From Armatimonadota bacterium (GTDB taxonomy: Bacteria; Armatimonadota; SYMT01), in contig JAWLHY010000003.1 in the NCBI GenBank assembly GCA_041690135.1, positions 1 to 64,000 of the forward strand: a stretch of DNA of 64,000 nt, written 5' to 3'. Shown piece after piece: positions 41,175-50,593 of this stretch. The stretch's first letter is position 1. The number at the start of each line of letters is the position of its first letter. Made by a program: the position numbers and the translations under genes. Under the pieces are notes generated by a model. It saw only the letters and a list, made by a program, of their open reading frames with translations, was not told where the DNA came from and searched no databases.

Positions 41175-42785
41175 TCACCCGCTGTTCAGACTCCAATCAT
41201 ACTTACGGAAACTGATGCGGGAGTGCTGAACCTTTTCCGCCAACTCGGGCGGCAGGTGGCGGGCCAGGAAGTCTCGCGGGTCCGGATCAAAGTCGCGCCG
41301 GTACCACTTCAGGAGCGGGCTCGTTACGATCCGATCCCCATCCACCTCGGTTTCCGTGCTTAGATAGGAACGGGTCGCAACGTCGAGCTGCCTGTCGATC
41401 CCGTCGGGTGTGTAGAAGGCGAGGGGCGGGCAGGAGCGGCTGCCGCAGTTGAGGGCGAAGTGGACCCGCGGGTCGAACTCCGCCTCCGCCAGTGCGAACC
41501 TCCGGCGGGGATCGGAAGCGCGGAACGGACGCCACCAGGTATACGGCGCGGGACGGTTGGCCCGCAGGATGCCATGCTCAACGGTGTGCAGGCTGAACCG
41601 GCAGCCTCCCACGTCGTAGGCGGCCCGCTGGAAGAACCCCGGCACGAACCAGACCGTTCCCCGCGGGCGGAAGGTGATTATTGCGTGGATCGTCAGGGCG
41701 TTGTAGACGTTGATCCAGAACGCCTGCTTCTCCGCGGTGCCTTGCAGCGATCTCGGATCGAAGCCCCGCAACTCCTGGGCTGCCTCCAGCAGCGTGTCGA
41801 ACTCCAGTGAGCGGGCGGCGCGTTCATAGTCGAGAGTGCCCGTCGCGGAGTCCGTATAGGCTGCGGTGAGTGCCAGTGTCGCCTGCCGCAGCTTCCGCGC
41901 CGGATCGGCGGCAGGCTGCTCGGGGAGTGCCGGACCGTCGTTGAGCACCCCTGGGGACCACCACCCGGAGCGGCTCGAGCCCCTCGGTGGTGGTTGAGAG
42001 CGCGGATTCACTTCCACGGACAACCGCGCGGGGTCCGCCACGGGCAGTTGCTCCCGCGCGGCCGTCTTCAACAGACGTTTGCGCTGGTACCTGATCAACA
42101 GGGCTGCCAGTGAGGCGAAGGGGAGAATCGCCAGAGGAACAAGGCATACGAGCAGAAGTATCAGCAGCACGATCAGCCAGCCAGTGCTGATCTCCCACGG
42201 TTGGTAATAGAAGAGCCACCAGATAACGGCAAGTGGGACGGGGGTCCAGCCAGCGAGGAGGCAGAGCCTGCTTACGTAACTCTCATCTGCGTGGACGAAC
42301 TGGACTTTCTCCTGAAGGACCGCGGCCCGGTGGCTGGCGTAAGCGGCCCTACGCACTTCCACGGGCGCATCCGTTCGTGCGGTGATCTCGATAGCCTCGG
42401 CCCGAGCTCGCGCGAACGCTAGTCGTCGGATTCCTCTGCCGGCCAGGACCAGCATTCCGCTTAGCGGAAGCAGTAGAGCCGCCATGATCAGGAGACGAAT
42501 AGCCCAAGGGAGCAAGAACGCGGCGTGCTCCGCCCGGTTTGGCAGCGCGAACACCACCGAGACGACCTCCAGTAAGCCTGCCAGGACGCAGCCGCTCATC
42601 CCGCGTTCCTCCAGGCGATGGGCCATTACGAGGCGCTTTCGTAGGGCCTCCTCTCGCTCCCACCGCCATTGCTGGTCGGCGGCCAGGCCGGCTTCCAGGC
42701 GTTCTCCCGTCGTGGGTTCCGCCACGGTAAGCGCTGGAGTCGTCTGGGGAGTCGCTTCTTCGGAGCGATGCGTCTGCACAGGCAT
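41175..42785 (-). CDS. Multi-TM protein with C-terminal DUF547 domain
   Basis: AFWINVYNAL, SL..VEHGILR, DPRVHFALNCGSRSCP, YDWSLN. Confidence 0.88.
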   Translation of the reverse strand: MPVQTHRSEEATPQTTPALTVAEPTTGERLEAGLAADQQWRWEREEALRKRLVMAHRLEERGMSGCVLAGLLEVVSVVFALPNRAEHAAFLLPWAIRLLIMAALLLPLSGMLVLAGRGIRRLAFARARAEAIEITARTDAPVEVRRAAYASHRAAVLQEKVQFVHADESYVSRLCLLAGWTPVPLAVIWWLFYYQPWEISTGWLIVLLILLLVCLVPLAILPFASLAALLIRYQRKRLLKTAAREQLPVADPARLSVEVNPRSQPPPRGSSRSGWWSPGVLNDGPALPEQPAADPARKLRQATLALTAAYTDSATGTLDYERAARSLEFDTLLEAAQELRGFDPRSLQGTAEKQAFWINVYNALTIHAIITFRPRGTVWFVPGFFQRAAYDVGGCRFSLHTVEHGILRANRPAPYTWWRPFRASDPRRRFALAEAEFDPRVHFALNCGSRSCPPLAFYTPDGIDRQLDVATRSYLSTETEVDGDRIVTSPLLKWYRRDFDPDPRDFLARHLPPELAEKVQHSRISFRKYDWSLNSG

Positions 42786-42788
42786 GCC

Positions 42789-43700
42789 TCAGGTCAAGCG
42801 ATTCCAACCGCGGACTTCCGAGTTCGTGGGAGGGTGATAGACACCTACCGCCTCCGCCTGGGGCCGGTCGTGCTTCAAGTAAGGTGAAACCCGGGCGGGG
42901 TCGTGGACAGCCGCTCCACAACGGACAGCTTGCTGGAGGAGATGCTTCCGGCGGCACCAGCTATACAGGCTGCCGATCGCCGCGAACGGCACGGCGATCA
43001 GGGGCAGTGCGGCAATCACGCCGGTGAGTACTAACAGACTCCCCTCGATCCTTCCGGTCGTCAGTGGGAACACTCGCAGGGCAGTGATCACACCCCAGAG
43101 AACGAGGGAACACCAGCCCGCCAGCACACAGATTCCACTCCCCAGTCGCTCATCCGCGAGGCTGACTTCCAGCTTCTCCTGAACCGCGCCCGCGTTATGA
43201 GCACCGGACGGTACCGGCGTGGATTGGAGGTGGGGCGCGGAGACCGCGGGAAGCTCGACCGCATTCCGCCGTGCCTGCCCGAGGAAGATTCGCTGCAGGA
43301 GGGCGCCGGCCAGCCCCACCAGGCTGCTCGCCGGAAGCAGCAGAGAAAGGACCTTGAAGAGCTGCCCGGCTACTTCCCACGAGGCATGCGGCTGCACGAA
43401 GGGGTCGTACCGGAGAATCCCGCACGGAAGTACCAACAAGCCCGACAGGACACACCCGGCTCTCCCGAGATTCTCCAGGCACAAGGCCATTGCGAGCCTT
43501 CGCCGCAGTGCTTCTTCCCGCTCGCGGCGCCAGTTCCGGTCTCGGGTCAGGGCGGCATCCATCCGGCATCCCGGGTTGCGCACGTGCCCGGGCGACTCGA
43601 GATCGACCACGGATGAAGCCTCCTCCCCACGTGTGTCCGCGGCCGTCGGAGCGGACAGCGCCGTCGCCGTTGGATTTTCGATCGTGCTCTGGGTTTGCAC
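42789..43700 (-). CDS. Multi-TM hypothetical protein, paralog of the N-terminal half of the DUF547 protein
   Basis: Shared W..EREEALR.RL.MA..LE..G..GCVL.GLL, QEK....ADE, C.LAGW, DPAR.S; GGAGGG RBS before GTG. Confidence 0.7.
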   Translation of the reverse strand: MQTQSTIENPTATALSAPTAADTRGEEASSVVDLESPGHVRNPGCRMDAALTRDRNWRREREEALRRRLAMALCLENLGRAGCVLSGLLVLPCGILRYDPFVQPHASWEVAGQLFKVLSLLLPASSLVGLAGALLQRIFLGQARRNAVELPAVSAPHLQSTPVPSGAHNAGAVQEKLEVSLADERLGSGICVLAGWCSLVLWGVITALRVFPLTTGRIEGSLLVLTGVIAALPLIAVPFAAIGSLYSWCRRKHLLQQAVRCGAAVHDPARVSPYLKHDRPQAEAVGVYHPPTNSEVRGWNRLT

Positions 43701-43951
43701 GTATCCCTCCCGCTGGCCCGGCGACGCACATCCGGGCCGTTACTTCAAGAATGCACTCACGTTGGCAAGTGGAAGAAATGTCGAGCCAATTTGCCGGCGT
43801 GCTGCCTTTCCGGGGCTGCTTCGGCTACCTGAGGAATCCGGTCCTTATCGTTGGAGGTCAGGGGGAATTCGAACCTTCTGTCGAACTGTTCGTCAAAGGG
43901 GCCGGTCCATTACTCCCCCGTGCGGACCCCGATTTGTAAACGAGAGCAGGA

Positions 43952-45376
43952 ATGAATCCGAAACGCCTTCCCCGCCTTCCGTTCGCCGGCACGTTGCTGG
44001 CCACGTTCGCCACGCTGGGGGCATTGTTGCCCTCCACGGCGGCTCCGGGTACCCCGAAGGGGCCTCGGCGGCCCGTCGACAAGCCGAACCTCATCTTCAT
44101 CATGGCCGATGACCTGGGGTACGGCGACGTGGGCTGCTACGGGCAGAAGGAGATCCGCACTCCGAACATCGACCGGCTCGCCCGGGAAGGCCTCCGGTTC
44201 ACGCAAGCCTACGCCGGGTCTACCGTCTGTGCCCCCTCGCGCTGCGTGCTGATGACCGGCCTGCACACCGGCCACTCGGTAGTCCGGGGCAACCGCGAGA
44301 TCAAGCCGGAGGGGCAGACGCCGCTGCCGGAAGGCGCAACCACGCTCGGAACCGTGCTGAAGAGCGTCGGCTACGCCACGGGGGCTACGGGCAAGTGGGG
44401 GCTGGGCTTCCCCGGCTCCTCGGGCGAGCCGCACAAGCAGGGTTTCGACTTCTTCTACGGCTACAACTGCCAGCGCCAGGCCCACAACTACTATCCCGAG
44501 CACCTGTGGCACAACGGCGAGAAGGTGATCCTGGAAGGCAACCTAGGCGGCAAGGAGGGGCAGTACTCGCACGACCTGATCGCGGCCCAGTCGCTCCAGT
44601 TCATCCGCAAGCACCGCGATCGTCCCTTCTTCCTGTACGTGCCGTTCACTATTCCGCACACCCGCTTCCAGGTTCCGGACCTGGGCCAGTACTCGGACCG
44701 CCCGTGGACGCCGCAGCAGAAGATGCAGGCGGCGATGATCAGCCGGATGGACGGCGACGTGGGGCGCATCCTGAACCTGCTCAAGGAGCTAAGTCTGGAC
44801 GACAACACACTGGTGATCTTCACCAGCGACAACGGTCCCCACGGCGACGCGGGCACCCTGCAGCACTTCCGGGCCGCAGGTCCCCTCCGCGGGAAGAAGC
44901 GCGACATGTACGAGGGCGGCGTGCGCGTGCCCTTTATCGCGCGCTGGCCGGGGAAGATCCGCGCCGGGGCCGTGAGCGAGCATGTCACCGCCTTCCAGGA
45001 CATCCTGCCCACCTTCGCCGAGCTGGCCGGCGCGCCGGCTCCGCAAAAGATCGACGGCCATTCCCTCGTGCCGGCCCTTCTGGGTAGGCCCGGACAGAAG
45101 CAGCACCCCTACCTCTACTGGGAGCTTTACGAGCAGGGTGGCAAGCAGGGCATCCGGGTCCTGGACGACCCCGCGCATGCGTGGAAAGGTGTCCGCCTGC
45201 AAGTCTCCCGCGACCGGAACGCCCCCATCGAGCTCTACGACCTGAAGACCGACCCGGCCGAGGAGCGGAACGTCGCGGCCGAGCATCCCGAGGTCGTGGC
45301 GCGGATCGCGAAGCTTATGGACGAGGCACACCGCCCCTCCGAGTTGTGGACCTGGGCGCCCCGCCAACAGAGATGA
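43952..45376 (+). CDS. Arylsulfatase
   Basis: PNLI.IMADDLGYGD, CAPSRCVLMTG, GKWGLG, SDNG. Confidence 0.95.
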   Translation: MNPKRLPRLPFAGTLLATFATLGALLPSTAAPGTPKGPRRPVDKPNLIFIMADDLGYGDVGCYGQKEIRTPNIDRLAREGLRFTQAYAGSTVCAPSRCVLMTGLHTGHSVVRGNREIKPEGQTPLPEGATTLGTVLKSVGYATGATGKWGLGFPGSSGEPHKQGFDFFYGYNCQRQAHNYYPEHLWHNGEKVILEGNLGGKEGQYSHDLIAAQSLQFIRKHRDRPFFLYVPFTIPHTRFQVPDLGQYSDRPWTPQQKMQAAMISRMDGDVGRILNLLKELSLDDNTLVIFTSDNGPHGDAGTLQHFRAAGPLRGKKRDMYEGGVRVPFIARWPGKIRAGAVSEHVTAFQDILPTFAELAGAPAPQKIDGHSLVPALLGRPGQKQHPYLYWELYEQGGKQGIRVLDDPAHAWKGVRLQVSRDRNAPIELYDLKTDPAEERNVAAEHPEVVARIAKLMDEAHRPSELWTWAPRQQR

Positions 45377-45498
45377 GAACCGTAAGTGAACCTGCCACGG
45401 GTAGCGGAAACGTGCTCCTGGATCTCGTCCCCGGCCGCAGCAAGTTGATCGTGCAGCCTCCGGGTTAGATCCGTGTTACACGTCAAACGGGAACCGCG

Positions 45499-45530
45499 TA
45501 TAATGGGAGGCGAACAATGGTTTGCCTCCC
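45499..45530 (+). promoter_or_regulatory. uvrC promoter: TATAAT -10 element plus LexA/SOS-box-like palindrome
   Basis: TATAAT at 45499-45504; CGAACAATGGTTTG at 45511-45524 (GAAC-N4-GTTY) inside the IR GGGAGGCGAAC..GTTTGCCTCCC. Confidence 0.6.
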
Positions 45531-47378
45531 ATGAATGAAGTTCTTCAGCAAAAACTGGCGCTGCTGCCCGACAAGCCCGGCTGTTACCTGTTCAAGGACG
45601 GCGCGGGCCAGGTGCTGTACGTGGGTAAAGCGGAAGTGCTGCGCAACCGGGTGCGCTCCTACTTCCAGGAGAGTGCCGCGCACTCGGCTCGCATCCGCCT
45701 GATGGTGTCGCGGGTGGCGGACCTGGAGGTGGTGGTCACCGACAGCCCGGTGGAAGCGCTCCTGCTGGAGTGCAACCTGATCAAGCGCCACCGGCCGCAC
45801 TTCAACGTGCGCCTGCGCGACGACAAGCAGTACCCGTACATCTGCCTGACGATGAACGAACCGTTCCCCCGGCCGATCATCGTCCGACGCGTGCGGCGGG
45901 ACGGCAACCGCTACTTCGGCCCCTACACTAATAGCTGGTCGATGCGGCAGGCGCTCCGCGTCATCAAGGCGGTTTTCAAGCTGCGGAGCTGCGGGCGGTC
46001 CATCAAAGAAGGCGACCGCCAGAAGCTCTGCCTCGACTACCACCTGGGTCTCTGTTCCGGTCCCTGCGCGAGCATGATCACCCGGGCGGATTACCTCCAG
46101 GCCGTGGACGAGGTGACCGAATTCCTGGAAGGCAAGGCGGACCGGGCGCTCGCGCAGCTCCAGCGGGAGATGGAGCAGGCCGCGGAAGACCTCAACTTCG
46201 AGGCCGCCGCGCGCTACCGGGACCAGATCCAGGCGATCGAACGGGTCATCGAGCGACAGAAGATGATCTCCACGGACCTGGAAGACCAGGACGTGGCGGC
46301 GCTGGTGAGCGATGGCTACCACACGGTGGCCTGCGTGCTGCAGGTCCGCGGCGGGCGGCTCCAGGGGCAGGAGCAGTTCTTCCTGGAAGGAGCGCACCCC
46401 GACGAGCTTCCGGAGGCGGTCCGGCAGTTTGTGGAGCAGTATTACCAGCGCGTGACGCACTTCCCCCGGCAGCTTCTGCTGAGCCACGACGTGCTGGACC
46501 GGGAAGTGCTGGAGACCTGGCTCACCGAACGCCGCGACCAGACGTCCCGCGGGAAAGAGCGGCACAAGGTCCATGTGCTCGTCCCCCAGCGCGGCGAGAA
46601 GCGCCGGCTGGTGGAACTGGCCGAGAAGAATGCCAGCCTGCAGATGGCCGAGCAGAAGACGCGCCTCGCCTCCGACCAGGCCCGCGCGGAAGAGGCGGTG
46701 ATGGAGTTGCAAGAGGCGCTCGACCTCCCCGGCGTGCCGTACCGCATCGAGTGTTACGACATCAGCAACACGCAGGGAACCGAGTCGGTAGGCGCGATGG
46801 TCGTGTTCGAGGGCGGGCAGTCCAAGAAGAGCGACTACCGTAAGTTCAAGATCAAGACCGTGGAGGGCCCGAACGACTTCGCCAGCATGCAGGAGGTGCT
46901 CCGCCGGCGGCTGGAGCGCGGTAAGTCCGGCGACCAAAAGTTCGGCGACCTCCCGGACCTGATCGTCATCGACGGCGGTAAGGGACAATTGAACGCCGCC
47001 CTGGAAGTGGAACAGGAGATCGGCGTCGAAATTCCTACCGTGGGCCTGGCCAAGCGCCTGGAAGAGGTATTTGTGCCCGGCCGGTCGGAGTCGGTGCTGC
47101 TCCCCCGCAACAGCCAGGGACTGTTCCTGCTGCAGCGCATCCGGGACGAGGCGCACCGCTTCGGGCTCACCTACCACCGGAAGCTGCGTGGCCAGCGCCA
47201 GACGCGCAGCGCCCTGGACGAGATCCCCGGCATCGGTGAGAAGCGCCGGCAGGCCCTATTGAAACACTTTGGCAGCGTCGATAAGATGAAGCAGGCCTCC
47301 GTGGAGGAGCTGGGCCGCGCCCCCGGCATGAACCGACCCACTGCGGAAAAGCTGTTCGAGGCACTGCATACGCAGTAG
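45531..47378 (+). CDS. uvrC: Excinuclease ABC subunit C
   Basis: LPDKPGCYLF..LYVGKA..LR.RV.SYF GIY-YIG domain, RIECYDISN, IDGGKGQ, RDEAHRF, HhH. Confidence 0.98.
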   Translation: MNEVLQQKLALLPDKPGCYLFKDGAGQVLYVGKAEVLRNRVRSYFQESAAHSARIRLMVSRVADLEVVVTDSPVEALLLECNLIKRHRPHFNVRLRDDKQYPYICLTMNEPFPRPIIVRRVRRDGNRYFGPYTNSWSMRQALRVIKAVFKLRSCGRSIKEGDRQKLCLDYHLGLCSGPCASMITRADYLQAVDEVTEFLEGKADRALAQLQREMEQAAEDLNFEAAARYRDQIQAIERVIERQKMISTDLEDQDVAALVSDGYHTVACVLQVRGGRLQGQEQFFLEGAHPDELPEAVRQFVEQYYQRVTHFPRQLLLSHDVLDREVLETWLTERRDQTSRGKERHKVHVLVPQRGEKRRLVELAEKNASLQMAEQKTRLASDQARAEEAVMELQEALDLPGVPYRIECYDISNTQGTESVGAMVVFEGGQSKKSDYRKFKIKTVEGPNDFASMQEVLRRRLERGKSGDQKFGDLPDLIVIDGGKGQLNAALEVEQEIGVEIPTVGLAKRLEEVFVPGRSESVLLPRNSQGLFLLQRIRDEAHRFGLTYHRKLRGQRQTRSALDEIPGIGEKRRQALLKHFGSVDKMKQASVEELGRAPGMNRPTAEKLFEALHTQ

Positions 47379-47387
47379 AAAACCACC

Positions 47388-47771
47388 ATGCAATTGCTCC
47401 TGAGATGGGCCATCACCGCGGGCGCGCTTTACGCCACGGTCTTCATCCTGAGCCAGCTCAACCTCGCCAGCCTGGGCAAGGGGCCGTGGTATTCCTGGTT
47501 CATTGCGGTTATCATCATGGCGTTGGTCAACGCACTCATCCGGCCGGTCCTCCGGTTCATGACCGCGCCGCTCAACTGTTTGACGTTCGGCCTGGTAGGG
47601 GTGGTGATCAATGCCCTGATGTTCTGGCTGGTCCCGGTGATCTCGGAGGCCGCCGGAATGCCGATCTTTACCGTGAAGCCGTTGGGGGCGGTGCTCGGCT
47701 CACTCCTGGTGGGGCTGATTGGCGGTATCGCGAGCAAGTTGATCATCCGGAAGGAAGAGGAAGAAGACTAG
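47388..47771 (+). CDS. Phage-holin-like membrane protein (YvlD family)
   Basis: LVNALIRPVL....PL..LTFGL...VINA. Confidence 0.88.
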   Translation: MQLLLRWAITAGALYATVFILSQLNLASLGKGPWYSWFIAVIIMALVNALIRPVLRFMTAPLNCLTFGLVGVVINALMFWLVPVISEAAGMPIFTVKPLGAVLGSLLVGLIGGIASKLIIRKEEEED

Positions 47772-48737
47772 ATGGCGGAGGGCACAGTAGACAAGTCGCT
47801 GCCGGCGGTTACGGACCATCCCTCCGTCACGTCCACTCCCGCGGTGGCCGGCGCCCACCCGTTGAACGGCCGGCGCGGCTCCGCGGCCCGCTTCGTGATC
47901 ATTACGGGCATTTCCGGCTCGGGCAAGTCGCAGGCGCTGCGGATCTTCGAGGACCTGGGCTACTACTGCGTGGACAACCTCCCGCCCGCGCTGCTGCCGC
48001 AGCTCGCGGACCTCGGCAACGGCCGCTCGCCCAACATCGCCTGCGTGGTCGACGTGCGCGCGGGAACGGGGCTCGACTCCCTGGAGCCGGCGCTCAATGC
48101 CCTGGAGGACCGCGAGGTCAATACCACCATCCTCTTCCTCGAGGCCTCCGACCCGGTGCTCGTCAACCGGTTCAAGGAGACGCGGCGCAAGCACCCGCTG
48201 CTGCTGGAGGTCGGGGGGATCCTTCCCTCCATCCAGCGCGAGCGGGAGTTGCTGACGGACCTCAAGGACCGGGCGCACAAGATCATCGATACCAGCGACC
48301 ACACGCCTCGCTCCCTCTCCACCCTCATCACGGAGTTGTTCGGCGACCAGCCGGGACCCCAAGCCGGCCTGGTCATTACCGTCGTCTCCTTCGGCTTCAA
48401 GCACGGATTGCCCCTGGACGCGGACCTGGTGTTCGACGTGCGGTTCCTCGCCAACCCGCACTACGTTCGCGAACTCCGGTGGCAGGACGGGCTACAATCC
48501 CCAGTAGAGGAGTTCATCCGGCAGGACCCCGTTACCCAGCCGTTCCTGGATAAACTGAGCGATCTCGTGAACTTCACGATCCCCCATTACATCCAGGAGG
48601 GTAAAGCGTACCTGACGATCGCTATCGGATGCACCGGGGGACGCCATCGTTCGGTGATGGTTGCGGAGGACCTGGCCCTGTTCCTGCGAAGTCGCGGTTA
48701 CGAGCCACTCGTCCAGCATCGCGACATCAAGAAGTAG
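47772..48737 (+). CDS. rapZ: RNase adapter / P-loop protein RapZ (YvcJ)
   Basis: GISGSGKS, EDLGYYCVDNLP, SFGFKHG, FDVRFL.NP, GCTGGRHRSV. Confidence 0.96.
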   Translation: MAEGTVDKSLPAVTDHPSVTSTPAVAGAHPLNGRRGSAARFVIITGISGSGKSQALRIFEDLGYYCVDNLPPALLPQLADLGNGRSPNIACVVDVRAGTGLDSLEPALNALEDREVNTTILFLEASDPVLVNRFKETRRKHPLLLEVGGILPSIQRERELLTDLKDRAHKIIDTSDHTPRSLSTLITELFGDQPGPQAGLVITVVSFGFKHGLPLDADLVFDVRFLANPHYVRELRWQDGLQSPVEEFIRQDPVTQPFLDKLSDLVNFTIPHYIQEGKAYLTIAIGCTGGRHRSVMVAEDLALFLRSRGYEPLVQHRDIKK

Positions 48738-48796
48738 CGTCTCCCGGCACCCGGCAGCCGTCCGGCTGCGATAGGGGACCTACGGGCAGTTTGTTG

Positions 48797-50353
48797 ATGC
48801 CGATACAGGAGCAAGAAAACCAACCGCGGACGGCCAACGGCTCTCCGCGTTCGGGGACCGCCGGATCCGAGGAAGCCGAGCGGAGGCGGGAGGCGCGCTC
48901 CGTATCGGTTGCCCGCCGGGCCAGCGGCTCCCCTTCCGAGCGCTCCGCTTCCGCTCCCAGCTTGCGGGAGAAGATCCTGCACACCATCAAGTGGCTGCGG
49001 CCCGGAATGCGCGTCAAGCGCTGGGTGATGGTCGCGCTCCTCGGGATCTTTATCCTGGTGGTGGGCGCCGACCTGATGTTCCTGATGCAGCTCGCCGACC
49101 TGGGCGACGAGTTGAACCGGTGGCTCTTCACCCGTTTCGGGATCCTCCTTCCCGGTCGTTCGGTCCTCTCCTTCTCCTACCAGATCCTCATCGGATTTCC
49201 GACCGCAGTCCTTGGCCTGCTCGTTTTCCTGTACGGCGTTCGGAATGTCCTCGTCTCCGTGACCTCCGCGGTGATGCCCACCGGCAACCAGTCGATCGCG
49301 GACGTGATCTGGCGGCGGCGGCAACTCGCCCAGGGCGCTCGCATCGTCGTGATCGGCGGGGGAACGGGGCTGTCTACCCTGCTCCGGGGCCTGAAGGAGT
49401 ACACCAGCAACATCACAGCGGTCGTCACGGTTACGGACGACGGCGGCAGCAGCGGACGCCTCCAGCGGGAGTTCAACATGCTGCCGCCGGGGGATATCCG
49501 CAACTGCATCCTGGCCCTGGCCGATGCCGAACCCCTGATGCAGCGGCTGTTCGACTACCGTTTCCCGACCAACGGGTCCAACGGCTCGAAGCCGGACGGC
49601 GCGGAGCACGAGAACGGCCTGGAGGGGCATGCGTTCGGCAACTTGCTCATCGCCGCGATGCTGCATGTGACGGGAGACTTCGAGGAAGCCGTCCGCCAGA
49701 CGAGCCGGGTCCTGGCGATCCGCGGCCGCGTGCTCCCCTCGACCACCCGCAACGTGCGACTGATCGCCGAGATGGCGGACGGCGAGACCGTGGAGGGCGA
49801 AACGAACATCTCCGCCCTGGGACACCGGATCGAACGCATGCGGTTGAGCGAGCCGGACGTGGCGCCGCTGGACGAGACGCTGGAGGCGATCCGTACTGCC
49901 GACGCAATCATCATCGGCCCCGGCAGTGTATACACCAGCATCGTACCTAACTTCCTGGTGAAGGGAGTGGCCGATGCGGTGGCCGAAAGCCGCGCCATCA
50001 AGATCTACGTCTGCAACGTGATGACCCAGCCGGGCGAAACCACCGCCTTCACCGCCAGCGATCATGTGAGCGCCGTCCTCAAACAGGCCGGCGTGCCTGT
50101 GTTCGATTACGTGCTGGTCAACACGGAGGAACCGAGCGAGGCCCTGCGCGAACGTTACGCCGGGGTCGGCTCGGCGTGGGTGGCGCCCGACGTGGATCGC
50201 ATCAAAATGCTCGGCCTGAAGCCGATTACCGGAAGTTTCATCAGCCAGAATGCCGTCGTCCGCCACGATCCGGATAAACTGGCCGAAGCTATCGTCCACC
50301 AGATCAACCGCAAAGCCCGCCCCCTCTTCTGGATGCTAGACCGGCGGGAATAG
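48797..50353 (+). CDS. yvcK: Gluconeogenesis factor YvcK/GlmR family with N-terminal TM segments
   Basis: IGGGTGLS, DDGGSSG, PPGDIRNC, GHAFGNL, GPGS.YTS, NVMTQPGET, RHDP; start uncertain. Confidence 0.93.
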   Translation: MPIQEQENQPRTANGSPRSGTAGSEEAERRREARSVSVARRASGSPSERSASAPSLREKILHTIKWLRPGMRVKRWVMVALLGIFILVVGADLMFLMQLADLGDELNRWLFTRFGILLPGRSVLSFSYQILIGFPTAVLGLLVFLYGVRNVLVSVTSAVMPTGNQSIADVIWRRRQLAQGARIVVIGGGTGLSTLLRGLKEYTSNITAVVTVTDDGGSSGRLQREFNMLPPGDIRNCILALADAEPLMQRLFDYRFPTNGSNGSKPDGAEHENGLEGHAFGNLLIAAMLHVTGDFEEAVRQTSRVLAIRGRVLPSTTRNVRLIAEMADGETVEGETNISALGHRIERMRLSEPDVAPLDETLEAIRTADAIIIGPGSVYTSIVPNFLVKGVADAVAESRAIKIYVCNVMTQPGETTAFTASDHVSAVLKQAGVPVFDYVLVNTEEPSEALRERYAGVGSAWVAPDVDRIKMLGLKPITGSFISQNAVVRHDPDKLAEAIVHQINRKARPLFWMLDRRE

Positions 50354-50593
50354 CCGGTGAGGGAGTATGGAAGTAGGGGAGTATGGGGGTGGGGAATTCA
50401 CCCCAACGCTCACCGCCCGAGTTGCTGGATATCTGAACGCCTGAACGATATCGTTGAAAAATCCGATCGCGGGCAGTGCAACTGCAGCCGATCAATCCGA
50501 ATTTACCAATAACTTTCCGAATCCCCGAACACCGCCTCCCCAATTCGCTTTATTCGCGCCATTCGCGGATCGTTTACCTGACTCCTAACGCCC

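Noticed and set aside
42783-42791. In-frame TGA between the two TM paralogs (possible Sec or readthrough fusion)
   Set aside because: Each ORF has its own paralogous N-terminus, the TGA is not in a redox motif, and no SECIS-like hairpin was identified.
47388-47771. Holin as evidence of a prophage
   Set aside because: YvlD-type membrane protein in the housekeeping uvrC-rapZ-yvcK context; no phage genes.
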